Source: Betaproteobacteria bacterium (GTDB lineage Bacteria > Pseudomonadota > Gammaproteobacteria > Burkholderiales > Burkholderiaceae_C). From it: 64,000 nt of DNA. The translations under genes were made by a program, and so were the position numbers. A model generated the notes under the pieces. The model was not told the origin of the DNA. It did no database searches and saw only the letters and a program-made list of their open reading frames with translations. Location of the stretch: NCBI GenBank assembly GCA_037127635.1, contig JBAXYD010000014.1:20067-84066 (forward strand), in the 5' to 3' direction. Below are positions 10,432-19,959 of the stretch, piece by piece. Every line of letters starts with the position of its first letter. Within the stretch, counting starts at the first letter, position 1.

Positions 10432-10445
10432 TGCATACGCTTGCA
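10432..10445. promoter_or_regulatory. LacI-type operator TGCATACGCTTGCA
   Basis: 12/14 match to consensus palindrome upstream of TonB receptor. Confidence 0.7.
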
Positions 10446-10552
10446 TTCGGGACTTCCGGTCTGCAAACTGAGCCCCATTCATCGTCGCGGGCCCTTGCGG
10501 CTTCGCAATACCCCCGTTCCCTTTCTTCAACGCCCACTCTGAGGATCCCACC

Positions 10553-13219
10553 ATGAAACACCTTCAGCGCGCTCACTTGGCCACCCAGATTGCCCTGGCC
10601 TTGGGAGCTTGGACGGCCTACCCCATGGGTAGCGCCCTGGCTCAGACAGCCCCCGCGACCAAGGCCACTGACAGCGGCGAGATCCAGAGCGTGACGGTCA
10701 CGGCCAACCGCCGGGCCGAAGACCAGCAAAAGGTCAGCGTGTCCGTCACGGCCGTGACCGGCGAGACGCTGAACGAGCGCAACATCACCGATCTGTCGCA
10801 GATGGACACGGTCACCCCCGGCTTCACCTTTGGCCGGTCAGGCGCCGACGCCCGTCCGGCCATGCGCGGCGTGCGCACAGAGAACGTGGCTACGAATGCC
10901 GACACGACCATCGGCTACTTTGTGGACGGCATCTACAAGTCGCGGGCGCAACAGGCCCTGTTGGGCTTTGTCGATGTTGGCCGGGTGGAGGTGCTGCGCG
11001 GGCCGCAGGGCACGTTGTTCGGGCGCAATACGTTTGGCGGCACGGTGGCCGTGACCACCAATGCCCCCGAACTCAAGAGCCGGGAGATGGCCGCGAGCGT
11101 GGGCATCGGCAGCTTCGGCAAGGTGCGCCTGGACGGCGTGCTGAACGTACCGCTGGGTGACACCGTGGCCGTGCGCTTCGCGGCGGTGTCGGACAAGTCT
11201 GACCCTTGGGTCAAGAACACTTTCAATCCGGCGGCCGGACTGTTCGACCAGGACATCAGGTACTTCCGCGCGTCGGTGAAGTTCAAGCCCTCCAGCACTT
11301 TTGAGGCTGTACTGCGTGCCGACATGACGGAGCAGGGTGGTAACGGCGGGTCGGCCTTTGGCTACAAGCAAGCTGGGAGCACTTTTCACACCCCCTCCTG
11401 CCAGCAGCTCTTCAACGCCACACCCGTGGTCATGAACGTGCGCCCAGGCAACCGAGACGGCGTGAACGACTGCACCCGCACGGTGGGCGCAGGTGCTGGC
11501 ACAGGGGCCAACGCCATCGGCAGCGGGGTGGACCTCGGCATTCCCTTGGCCGCACCCGGCAACGCCTGGATCGTGGACCAGGACTACCGTACCTACCTGG
11601 ACTTGACGGACCGCAACATCAGCCTGGACATGACCTGGCGGCTGTCGGGCTTCACGCTGAAGTCCATCACCGGGCATGCCGACTTCATGGCCACCCGCAC
11701 CTCGGACTCGGACTTCTCGGCTTCGACGATCGCGCTGGACTACCAGAGGACGGGTGCGCGCACGCTGACACAGGAGTTCCAGATCCTCTCCGAGGGCGCA
11801 GGCCCCTTGAGCTACGTGGCGGGCGTCTACTTCTTCCGCGACAAGCTCAAGAGCGCGTTCATCAACCAGCAGCTGCCGCGCACCATCCGGTCGTCAGCCA
11901 TTGCCGCCCCGCTGAGCCTGGCGCAGAACGGTGCCGGCTTTGCCGGCTGGGATCAACCTACCACCGACTCCGACGCCCTCTACGGCCAGTTCAGCCTGAA
12001 GATGAGCGATGCATTGACTTTGACGGCCGGTGCACGCTCCACCAAGGACACCAAGATCTGGAGCTCGGCCAGCGCAAACTCCATCTTGCCGAAGAACGCG
12101 GCCGGTGCGCCTGATGGCAACCTGATCAACATCGACATGGCCGGGCCGGCACAGACCGCCTTCGGCACCATTGGCACCACCAACTGCACCGGCAGCAACG
12201 GCATCCCGGGCGCCTACTGCGAGCCTGGCACCAACCTGCTTTACGGCTACACCTACTCGCCGGCCAAGTTCAGCAAGACCACGGGCAAGGCGGCGGTGGA
12301 CTATCGCCTCAATGCCGACCAGATGGTGTACGCCTCCGTGGCCAACGGCTTCCGCTCAGGCGGCTTCAACGGGTTCCAGCTCGTGGAAACGCTCAGGACC
12401 TTCAAGCCCGAAGAGGTCACCGCCATCGAAGTCGGCTCCAAGAACCGCTTCATGGGCAACCGCCTGCAATTGAACCTGGCCGCGTTCAGCAACGACTACA
12501 CCAACCTGCAGGAGCAGCGCCAGGTGCCGGTGGGCGCCACCACGGTGTCCACCATCTTCAATGCGGCCAAGGCCAAAGCCACAGGTCTGGAGGCCGAGAT
12601 GGAGTGGCGCGCCAGCAAGGCGCTCACCGTCGGAGGCACGCTGTCGTTGCTGGACGCCAAGTACACGAGCTTCCCTGATGTAGCGCTGCCCTATGGCACC
12701 TCCATCCTGGTGGCCGACCCCACGTCCACCAGCCCGCAGACCGATGCAAACGGCATCGTCATCGCCCCTGCAGGCCAGAAGCGCGTCTTCGCACCGGGCT
12801 ATAACTGTGGAGTGGTACCCGGCACTGGCGGCGCAGGCCAGCCGGCGGCCGCCTACGGCTGTGACCTCACGGGCAAGCGCATCCCCTATGCGGCGCGTTC
12901 ACAGGGGTCCGTGTTCGTCCGCTACGACTTCAACCTGCCGGGTGGCGGGCGCCTGACCCCCATGCTGGTGGCCACCTTCAACAGCGGCTTCTACGGCCAG
13001 CCTACCAACGCCGAGATCGAGAAGCAGGGCGCCTATGTCAAGGGCGACTTCAAGCTGAACTGGCGGATCAACGACACCTTGGCGCTGCAGGCCTATGTGG
13101 ACAACTTCACCGACAAGCAAACGCTGAACCGCTTTGTGTGGGGCGGTGGTGGCGCCTTGCAAGTCAGCGCCGCGCCTCCGCGCATGATGGGTCTGAAGTT
13201 GGCCTACAGCAACTTCTGA
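10553..13219 (+). CDS. TonB-dependent receptor
   Basis: Signal peptide, TonB box VTVTA, RVEVLRGPQGTLFGRNT.GG, GFRSGGFN, C-terminal Phe. Confidence 0.95.
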   Translation: MKHLQRAHLATQIALALGAWTAYPMGSALAQTAPATKATDSGEIQSVTVTANRRAEDQQKVSVSVTAVTGETLNERNITDLSQMDTVTPGFTFGRSGADARPAMRGVRTENVATNADTTIGYFVDGIYKSRAQQALLGFVDVGRVEVLRGPQGTLFGRNTFGGTVAVTTNAPELKSREMAASVGIGSFGKVRLDGVLNVPLGDTVAVRFAAVSDKSDPWVKNTFNPAAGLFDQDIRYFRASVKFKPSSTFEAVLRADMTEQGGNGGSAFGYKQAGSTFHTPSCQQLFNATPVVMNVRPGNRDGVNDCTRTVGAGAGTGANAIGSGVDLGIPLAAPGNAWIVDQDYRTYLDLTDRNISLDMTWRLSGFTLKSITGHADFMATRTSDSDFSASTIALDYQRTGARTLTQEFQILSEGAGPLSYVAGVYFFRDKLKSAFINQQLPRTIRSSAIAAPLSLAQNGAGFAGWDQPTTDSDALYGQFSLKMSDALTLTAGARSTKDTKIWSSASANSILPKNAAGAPDGNLINIDMAGPAQTAFGTIGTTNCTGSNGIPGAYCEPGTNLLYGYTYSPAKFSKTTGKAAVDYRLNADQMVYASVANGFRSGGFNGFQLVETLRTFKPEEVTAIEVGSKNRFMGNRLQLNLAAFSNDYTNLQEQRQVPVGATTVSTIFNAAKAKATGLEAEMEWRASKALTVGGTLSLLDAKYTSFPDVALPYGTSILVADPTSTSPQTDANGIVIAPAGQKRVFAPGYNCGVVPGTGGAGQPAAAYGCDLTGKRIPYAARSQGSVFVRYDFNLPGGGRLTPMLVATFNSGFYGQPTNAEIEKQGAYVKGDFKLNWRINDTLALQAYVDNFTDKQTLNRFVWGGGGALQVSAAPPRMMGLKLAYSNF

Positions 13220-13242
13220 GTCCATCAGGGCATCGCTGCGCC

Positions 13243-14397
13243 ATGACCATGCCTCCACCACGGCGGTTTCTGACCACGCACGTGGGCTCGCTTCCCCGCT
13301 CGCAACCCGTTGTCGAGCAGATCTTTGCCCGCGAGAAGGGCGAGCCCGTGGACGAGCCCACCTTTGCCAAGATCATGGCGCAGGCCGTGGACGAGGTGGT
13401 GCGCCTGCAGGTGGAGGCCGGGATTGACTTGGTGAGTGACGGCGAGATGAGCAAGATCTCATACGCCACCTACATCAAGGACCGGTTCACCGGCTTTGAC
13501 GGTGACAGCCCCCGGCGCACGCCCGCAGACTTGCTGGACTTCCCGGGCTTCATGAAACGGCTGGCCAGCGGTGGTGGCACGCCCAGCTACCGCCGCCCCT
13601 GCTGCGTCGGGCCGATCGCCGTCAAGACGCTGGAGCCCTTGCAGCAAGACATTGCCCACCTGAAGGCGGCAGCGCAGAAGCACGGGGCCACGGGCGCTTT
13701 CATGAATGCGGCTTCTCCTGGCGTGGTGGCCTTGTTCCAGCCCAATCAGCACTACGCCGACGACGACGCCTACCTGGAAGCCCTGGCGCACGCCCTGCGC
13801 CACGAGTACCACGCCATCATCGACGCGGGTCTGCTGCTGCAGATCGACTCACCGGACCTGGGCCTGGGCCGGCACATGATGTACCGTGACCTGGAAGAGT
13901 CTCTGTACCTCAAGCGCATCGAGAAACACGTCGAGGCGATGAACTACGCCTTGGCTGCCGTCCCGGCCGATCGTGTGCGCATGCATGTGTGCTGGGGCAA
14001 CTACGAGGGCCCCCACCACAAGGACGTGCCGCTGGCCACCATCCTCCCGGTGGTGATGAAGGCCAAGCCGCAGGCCTTGCTGTTCGAGACGTCCAACCCG
14101 CGCCATGCCCACGAGTGGGAGACCATCCGCGACATGCGCGCGCAGATCCCGGATGACAAGATCCTGGTGCCTGGCGTGCTGGACTCCACCACCAACTTCA
14201 TCGAACACCCGAAGCTGGTGGCCCAGCGTATCGGCCGCTTTGCCGACATCGTGGGGCGAGAGCGCGTGATGGCAGGCACTGATTGCGGCTTTGGCACCTT
14301 CGCCGGCTTCGGCGTGGTGGACGCCGACATCGTCTACGCCAAGCTCGAGGCGATGGCCGACGGCGCCGCCCTCGCCAGCCGGCAGTACTGGGCCTGA
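13243..14397 (+). CDS. Cobalamin-independent methionine synthase II (MetE C-terminal barrel) family protein
   Basis: TTHVGSLPR, SDGE, Zn ligands HVCWGN...E...DCGF. Confidence 0.9.
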   Translation: MTMPPPRRFLTTHVGSLPRSQPVVEQIFAREKGEPVDEPTFAKIMAQAVDEVVRLQVEAGIDLVSDGEMSKISYATYIKDRFTGFDGDSPRRTPADLLDFPGFMKRLASGGGTPSYRRPCCVGPIAVKTLEPLQQDIAHLKAAAQKHGATGAFMNAASPGVVALFQPNQHYADDDAYLEALAHALRHEYHAIIDAGLLLQIDSPDLGLGRHMMYRDLEESLYLKRIEKHVEAMNYALAAVPADRVRMHVCWGNYEGPHHKDVPLATILPVVMKAKPQALLFETSNPRHAHEWETIRDMRAQIPDDKILVPGVLDSTTNFIEHPKLVAQRIGRFADIVGRERVMAGTDCGFGTFAGFGVVDADIVYAKLEAMADGAALASRQYWA

Positions 14398-14419
14398 GAG
14401 CCTCTGAGCTCACAAGAAA

Positions 14420-14492
14420 ACGCCGGGCCGCTCCCAAGTTTTCTTGCGCCCCCGCGGGGGGCTGGGACGGGCAAGGCCCGGCCCTTGGGGGT
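14420..14492 (+). repeat. Palindromic element copy 2, intergenic between convergent genes
   Basis: ACGCCGGGCCGCTCCCAAG-N-GCCCCCGCGGGGGGC-GGGACGGGC.AAG.GCCCGGCCC-TTGGGGG. Confidence 0.85.
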
Positions 14493-14539
14493 GCTATCAG
14501 GCTGCAGTACGCAGCCCTTGACGTGGCCGCCCTCGGCGC

Positions 14540-15628
14540 TCAGTCCCTGAGCGCAGCCAGCAGGTCCACGTCCATCTGCAGCATCAAGTGCGGCAGGTCG
14601 ATCAACACCCAGTTCTCCGTCAGCCAGGTCCCGTCACACCGCCACCAATCGGCCACGCGCATGCCAATGCGCCGCCCAGTGGCCGGCACGCCCAGATAGT
14701 CGCCCGCATGGGTGGCGCCCACGCTGGGCCAACCGGTGGAGGCCACAAAAGGACCTTCGGCAAAACGCGCTCGGTGACCCATGCCCTTTCGGTCGGGAAA
14801 GGCGTGCAGGAAGGGCTGCTGGTGGTGACGCTGAAAGCCCCTCACACCGCGTGTGGTGCCAATGCCGCAGGGCCCGTACCACATCATGTGGGGGTGCCAG
14901 AAGCGCTCCATGCCCATGGTGTCGAGATTGACGCCGTCAAAGTCGAACAAGCCCTTGATCATGGCGAGCGTCCGGCGCATGCTCTCAAGACCCACAGCGG
15001 GGTCGGTCTGGCCCAGCAGGAGGCCGTCATGGGGTGCGGGCCCGGGCACGAGCAGGTCCAGGCCGCTGCTGGGCGGCAGCAGCGGCCGGCCCGCCTGACG
15101 CGCCAGATCGAGGATGTCCAGCAGCACACGGGCCTCGACGATGTGCCCACCCTGTCCATCGGCATGAGGCTGCCAGCGATAGAACTCGCCAAAGCGCAGC
15201 ACCGCAGGCTCACCGGTGGCAGGGATGCCGAGCCAGGGCTGCTTGAAGGTGCCGATGTAATGACCCGTGGCGGTGGCCCACCAGCCCTGCGCACGCGCAT
15301 GCGGGGGGGAGTACCCGATCTCCCCTTCAGGCGGGCTGGTCCAGTGGCCACCGAAGAACAGGTCGATGCGCCGCTCCAGATCGGGGAAGGCGGCTTGCAA
15401 GGGGCCATAGAACTGTTCAGCCACGGCCTGCGGGCCTTGCAGTTCGTTCAGCGGGTGCGAGACATGCCAGGTGGCATTGGGGGCGACCTGCTCACGCAGG
15501 GACTGGCCCATGGCCGAACCCGGCAGCTCTTGCAGCAGGCGCCAGACATCCGCTTTGCAGGCCGCAAGAAGCCGCGCTGAAGCTTCGGGGTCAGCGCCAC
15601 TGTGAGGGGGGCTCATCGATAGGCTCAT
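14540..15628 (-). CDS. Tandem SnoaL/ester-cyclase (NTF2-like) domain protein
   Basis: Two repeats of AFPD...G.F/H...LG.PATG......F/D..R....I.E..V..D. Confidence 0.85.
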   Translation of the reverse strand: MSLSMSPPHSGADPEASARLLAACKADVWRLLQELPGSAMGQSLREQVAPNATWHVSHPLNELQGPQAVAEQFYGPLQAAFPDLERRIDLFFGGHWTSPPEGEIGYSPPHARAQGWWATATGHYIGTFKQPWLGIPATGEPAVLRFGEFYRWQPHADGQGGHIVEARVLLDILDLARQAGRPLLPPSSGLDLLVPGPAPHDGLLLGQTDPAVGLESMRRTLAMIKGLFDFDGVNLDTMGMERFWHPHMMWYGPCGIGTTRGVRGFQRHHQQPFLHAFPDRKGMGHRARFAEGPFVASTGWPSVGATHAGDYLGVPATGRRIGMRVADWWRCDGTWLTENWVLIDLPHLMLQMDVDLLAALRD

Positions 15629-15679
15629 GTCAGGTCCTTTGCAAGCTTTTGGGCCAGTTCGCTCAGGCAGCACCCGCCG

Positions 15680-16513
15680 TCACCCTTTGACGGCGCCCTG
15701 TGTGAGGCCGGCCACGATCTGCCGCTGGAAGAACACCACCAGCACCACCAGAGGCAGCGTGATGCTCACCGCGCCAGCCACACCCTGCATCAGCAGCGCC
15801 TCGCTCTCGGCGCCAATGGCGCTTGCAATGGCGGCGGGCATGGTCATGTTGCCGGCGTTGGTCATCGCCGAGCTCAGCAGGAAGTCGTTGTAGGCCAGCA
15901 GGAAGCTGAAGAGTCCCGTGGTCACGATGCCGGGCCACATGACCGGCACGATCACGCGGCGGAAGGCCTGTGCCCGGGTGCAGCCGTCCACCATGGCCGC
16001 CTCGTCCAGCTCCTGCGGAATGTTGACGAAGAACGAGCGCAGCATCCAGATCGTGAACGGCTGGTTGATGGCCACCAGCACGAAGATCAGGGTCACCAGA
16101 TGGTTGTTGATGCCCAGCGCGTTGAACAGCGTGAAGAACGAAGGCAGCAGGGTGGAGTGCGGCAGCGCCCGGAATACCAAGGCCACCAGCAGCAACCAGA
16201 AGCCCAGCGAGCCCCGATAGCGTGCAAGCGCATACCCGGCCAAACAACCCACGGTGAGCGAGATCGTCACCGTGCCTGCGGTGACCAGCGCGGTGTTGAA
16301 GAAATTCACGTAGAAGGCCTGGTCTATCCACAGGCGCGTGTAGTTCTCCAGCGTGAACGGCGCGAACCACTTCACGGGTGATGAGAACGCGTCCACGTAC
16401 TGGCGAAAAGAGATCACCGCGGTCCACAGAATGGGCGTGGAGGCGAGTAACAGCCACAGCGCCAGGACACCGTGCAGCACCACGGAGCCCAGTCGAGAAG
16501 AGCGTTGCGTCAT
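15680..16513 (-). CDS. Carbohydrate-type ABC transporter permease
   Basis: EAA motif ELDEAAMVDGC; TGATG overlap with upstream permease. Confidence 0.93.
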   Translation of the reverse strand: MTQRSSRLGSVVLHGVLALWLLLASTPILWTAVISFRQYVDAFSSPVKWFAPFTLENYTRLWIDQAFYVNFFNTALVTAGTVTISLTVGCLAGYALARYRGSLGFWLLLVALVFRALPHSTLLPSFFTLFNALGINNHLVTLIFVLVAINQPFTIWMLRSFFVNIPQELDEAAMVDGCTRAQAFRRVIVPVMWPGIVTTGLFSFLLAYNDFLLSSAMTNAGNMTMPAAIASAIGAESEALLMQGVAGAVSITLPLVVLVVFFQRQIVAGLTQGAVKG

Positions 16514-17559
16514 CAGACTTGGCCTCGCTGCTCGCGCCAGGTGCGCCTTAGGAGGGGTACCAGCAGCACGCCGATGCCAACGATCGTCAACACGGCCGCT
16601 GCGCTGGCCTTGTACGGGTTGTTTTCGACCAGCAGCACGTGGTACGTGAGGTACTGCACGCTGGTGGTGAAGGCGCCCTGTGTGAGCACCAGCACGGGCT
16701 CGAACACCCGGTACGCGTCCATCACGTGAATCAGCGTGACGAACACGATCAGGGGCATCAGGTGCGGCACCGTCACATAACGCAGCTTCTGCCAGCGCGA
16801 GGCGCCGTCGATGGTGGCCGCCTCCAGGGCGTCTTGGGGCACCGACTGCAAGCCCGCGTACAAGACGATGAACGCGAACGGCACCACGTGCCAGACCCCG
16901 TAGAGGATCACAAGGAGCTGTGCCGACCAGGCCTGCGCCATCCAGTGCACCTCCATCCCGAACTGGCTCAGCAACACGGACACCAGGCCGTCGTCGCGGA
17001 AGAGCCACTTGATGGACAGCGCCCCTACCACGGGGGTGATGATGAAGGGCAGCAGGGATGCAGTGATGAACACCGCTTTCAGCCGCTGCGTCAGGGCGTT
17101 GGCTCCCAGCGCGAGGGCAAATCCCAGACCCAGCACCAGCGGCGTGGTGACCGCGATGTACAGCAGGGTGAAGCGCAGGGCGCTCCAGAACTCGTTGGGC
17201 ACCGCGGTCTGCGCGGCAGCGCCAGCGCTATCGCCTGTTGCGCCAGCGGCAGACGGGCCTTCGGTGCCGGCGCTGCTCTGCGGGGAGTCGCCACCGTCGA
17301 GCCCGAGAACCTTGCGGTAGTACTCCAGCCCGGCAAACCTGCAACTTTGCAGCGGCTGCCCGTCCGGGCCGCGCCGCACCTGCTGCGTGACGGTCTCCTG
17401 CACGCCGAAGGGTCCGCTCTGCCGGACCGTGACCATTTCCATCTCAGGGGCGCAGTGGCGCGCGGAGAGGTAGAAAGTCATGGCCAGAGGCAGGGCCATC
17501 AGCGCGAGCATCAGCCCGACCGAAGGCGCAACAAAGCTCAGGAAGCTGCGCGTCTTCAT
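16513..17559 (-). CDS. Carbohydrate-type ABC transporter permease
   Basis: LEAATIDGAS.WQ motif; long periplasmic loop. Confidence 0.93.
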   Translation of the reverse strand: MKTRSFLSFVAPSVGLMLALMALPLAMTFYLSARHCAPEMEMVTVRQSGPFGVQETVTQQVRRGPDGQPLQSCRFAGLEYYRKVLGLDGGDSPQSSAGTEGPSAAGATGDSAGAAAQTAVPNEFWSALRFTLLYIAVTTPLVLGLGFALALGANALTQRLKAVFITASLLPFIITPVVGALSIKWLFRDDGLVSVLLSQFGMEVHWMAQAWSAQLLVILYGVWHVVPFAFIVLYAGLQSVPQDALEAATIDGASRWQKLRYVTVPHLMPLIVFVTLIHVMDAYRVFEPVLVLTQGAFTTSVQYLTYHVLLVENNPYKASAAAVLTIVGIGVLLVPLLRRTWREQRGQV

Positions 17560-17593
17560 GCGCTGTTCTGTGCTCGTCCGTACTGAAGTGGCC

Positions 17594-18835
17594 TCACTTC
17601 ACAAAGCCCTTTTCCGCCGCGATCTTCAGGTAGGCCTGGGCCGCAGCGTCCAACGCGGCTTTCGGGCTGAGCGCGCCGGTCAAGGCCTCGGGTAACACCT
17701 TGCCGATCTCGGCATGGGCCAGGCTGAAGAAAGGCTCCGAAGGCCAGATCGGCGCCCCTGCCTTGGCGGCGGCAGCCACACCCGTGCCAAAACGGGTGGG
17801 TTTGTACACAGAGCGGATCCAGATGGCGGTGTCGTTGCCGGACTTCACAGCCTCTTCGTCCAATCCTTCCATCAGCAACTGAAAGGCCAGATCGCGGTCT
17901 GCGCCGGCATTTCGCGGGATCACCACCCCGTCCCACCACAGATGCGATGCCGTCTTGCCGCCGGCCACGGCCGCGGGCGCAGCCGCGAAGGCCATCTTGC
18001 CCGCCACCTTGGAGGCTGCCGGGTCGTCCATGCGGGCGGCGCGGCTGGCCCACAGCACGCCCATGGCGGCCCGACCCTGCTGAAACTGGTTCATGACGTC
18101 GTCAGAGTTGGATGCCAGAAAGTTGGGTGTCATGAAGCGCGTCATCTGGCGCATCAACTCGATGGCCTTCACACCGGCCTCGTCATTGAAGGCGGGCTGT
18201 GCGCTGCCGGGCTTGAAGAACCGACCGCCAAAGCCCGCCAGCAGATTGGCGAACTCGGTGGCGCTGTCCCAGCCCTTGGCAAAGGTCTGTGCAATCGGGT
18301 GCTCCAGCCCCGGCTCCTTCGCCTTGAGCGTGGCCGCTGCCTGCAGCATCTCGGCATAGGTGGTGGGCACCTTGATGCCGTGCTTGTCGAAGAGGTCCTT
18401 GCGGTAGAAGAGGTTCTGGGCGTTCTGGATGAAGGCCACCGCCATGACTTGGCCGTTGACCCGAATCAGCATCCCTTCTTCCAGGCGGTAACGGGTTCGG
18501 TACTTGTCCACCAGGTCGGTCATGGGCTGCAGTTGCCCCAGGCTCTGAAACTTGACGAACTCCCCCATCGAGACCGTGGCGCCACTGAAAGGGGATCTGC
18601 CCGCCGCAAAGGCACGTTCCGTCTCTTCGCGAGCCTGGGGTGTGAGCTTGAAGGTCACCTTCAGCCCCGGGCGGGCGCAGGCCTCGATCTGCCGCGCCAC
18701 ATGGGTCACGGCTGGAAATGAGTTACCGATGAAGCTGAACTCGCCCTGCCCCTTGATGTCAGGGCATGAGGCCCAGGCCGGCAGCGTGGCGACGGCCAGG
18801 ATGGCGCACACCAGAAGCGATCGCGGGGAGTGCAT
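17594..18835 (-). CDS. ABC transporter substrate-binding protein (CUT1 family)
   Basis: Signal peptide (AWA-S), LFYRKDLF...G...PTTY motif. Confidence 0.9.
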   Translation of the reverse strand: MHSPRSLLVCAILAVATLPAWASCPDIKGQGEFSFIGNSFPAVTHVARQIEACARPGLKVTFKLTPQAREETERAFAAGRSPFSGATVSMGEFVKFQSLGQLQPMTDLVDKYRTRYRLEEGMLIRVNGQVMAVAFIQNAQNLFYRKDLFDKHGIKVPTTYAEMLQAAATLKAKEPGLEHPIAQTFAKGWDSATEFANLLAGFGGRFFKPGSAQPAFNDEAGVKAIELMRQMTRFMTPNFLASNSDDVMNQFQQGRAAMGVLWASRAARMDDPAASKVAGKMAFAAAPAAVAGGKTASHLWWDGVVIPRNAGADRDLAFQLLMEGLDEEAVKSGNDTAIWIRSVYKPTRFGTGVAAAAKAGAPIWPSEPFFSLAHAEIGKVLPEALTGALSPKAALDAAAQAYLKIAAEKGFVK

Positions 18836-18893
18836 GCGCAGGATCTCCAGGTTCTTGCATCGATAAGGCCTGAGGCGGCCCTTCATGTTTGGT

Positions 18894-19955
18894 TCAGGCA
18901 GACCACTGCAGGCGAGCCCGCGTGGTGGCGTCGAAGAGGTGGCATTGAGCAGGGCGCAAGGTCAGCCCCACGGGTTGGCCGACGGCTGCCCGAAACTCCT
19001 TGGCCGCTCGAGCGGTCAACAGGCGCTCTCCCACGCGGACGGTCACCAAGGTGGCGTCGCCCGTGAGTTCGAAGGAGAAGACTTCTCTGACCAGGTCTGC
19101 GCCTTCGACCTGGCCAACCAGGACATCCTCGGCGCGCACGCCCAGCACGGCAGCCGCATGCGTCGCCTGCCCAAAGCCTGCCACGCGCACATCAGGTGAC
19201 GTGAACACGCCATCCTTCAATGAGCCTTCCAACAGGTTCATCGACGGTGAGCCCACGAAGCCCGCTACGAACAAGTTCGCCGGCTCGTTGTAGATCTGCT
19301 CGGGCGTGCCCACCTGCTGGATGCGGGCCTTGCTCATCACCACCACCCGGTCGGCCAGCGTCATGGCCTCGATCTGGTCGTGTGTCACGTAGAGGGTGGT
19401 CACGCCCAGCTCGTGGTGCAGATGCTTCAGGTGCACCCGCATGCTCACGCGCAACTGTGCGTCGAGATTGGACAGGGGCTCGTCCATCAGAAACACAGAC
19501 GGGCGGCGGACGATCGCCCGAGCCAAGGCAACCCGCTGGCGCTGGCCGCCCGAAAGCTCCCGGGGACGGCGCTTGAGGAAATCGGTCAGCTCGACCTTGG
19601 CCGCAGCCTGGGCCACCGCCTGCACCACCTGCTCGGGTGGCATGCCGCGGATCTTCAACGGGAAGCCGATGTTCTCGGCCACCGTCATGTTGGGGTACAG
19701 GCCGTAGCTCTGGAAGACCATCGCCACGTCCCTGTCCTTGGGCTCGGCTTCGTTCACACGGCGGCCACCGATGCGGATCTCGCCCTCGGTGGGGTCCTCC
19801 AGCCCCGCCACCATGCGCATGGTCGTCGTCTTGCCGCAACCGGACGGACCCAGCAGCACCAGGAACTCGCCGTCAGCAATGTCCAGCGACATCGGCTCGA
19901 CAGCCACGGACGCGCCCCAGCGCTTGCCCACCCCCTCGAGTTCAATCCTGGCCAT
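18894..19955 (-). CDS. ABC transporter ATP-binding protein (MalK/UgpC-like)
   Basis: GPSGCGKTT, LSGGQRQRVAL, MDEPLSNLD, VTHDQ. Confidence 0.96.
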   Translation of the reverse strand: MARIELEGVGKRWGASVAVEPMSLDIADGEFLVLLGPSGCGKTTTMRMVAGLEDPTEGEIRIGGRRVNEAEPKDRDVAMVFQSYGLYPNMTVAENIGFPLKIRGMPPEQVVQAVAQAAAKVELTDFLKRRPRELSGGQRQRVALARAIVRRPSVFLMDEPLSNLDAQLRVSMRVHLKHLHHELGVTTLYVTHDQIEAMTLADRVVVMSKARIQQVGTPEQIYNEPANLFVAGFVGSPSMNLLEGSLKDGVFTSPDVRVAGFGQATHAAAVLGVRAEDVLVGQVEGADLVREVFSFELTGDATLVTVRVGERLLTARAAKEFRAAVGQPVGLTLRPAQCHLFDATTRARLQWSA

Positions 19956-19959
19956 GGCT

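Noticed and set aside
15290-15345. Short Pro-rich extra segment in the SnoaL protein as another element insertion
   Set aside because: DNA lacks the element's head, hairpin and tail
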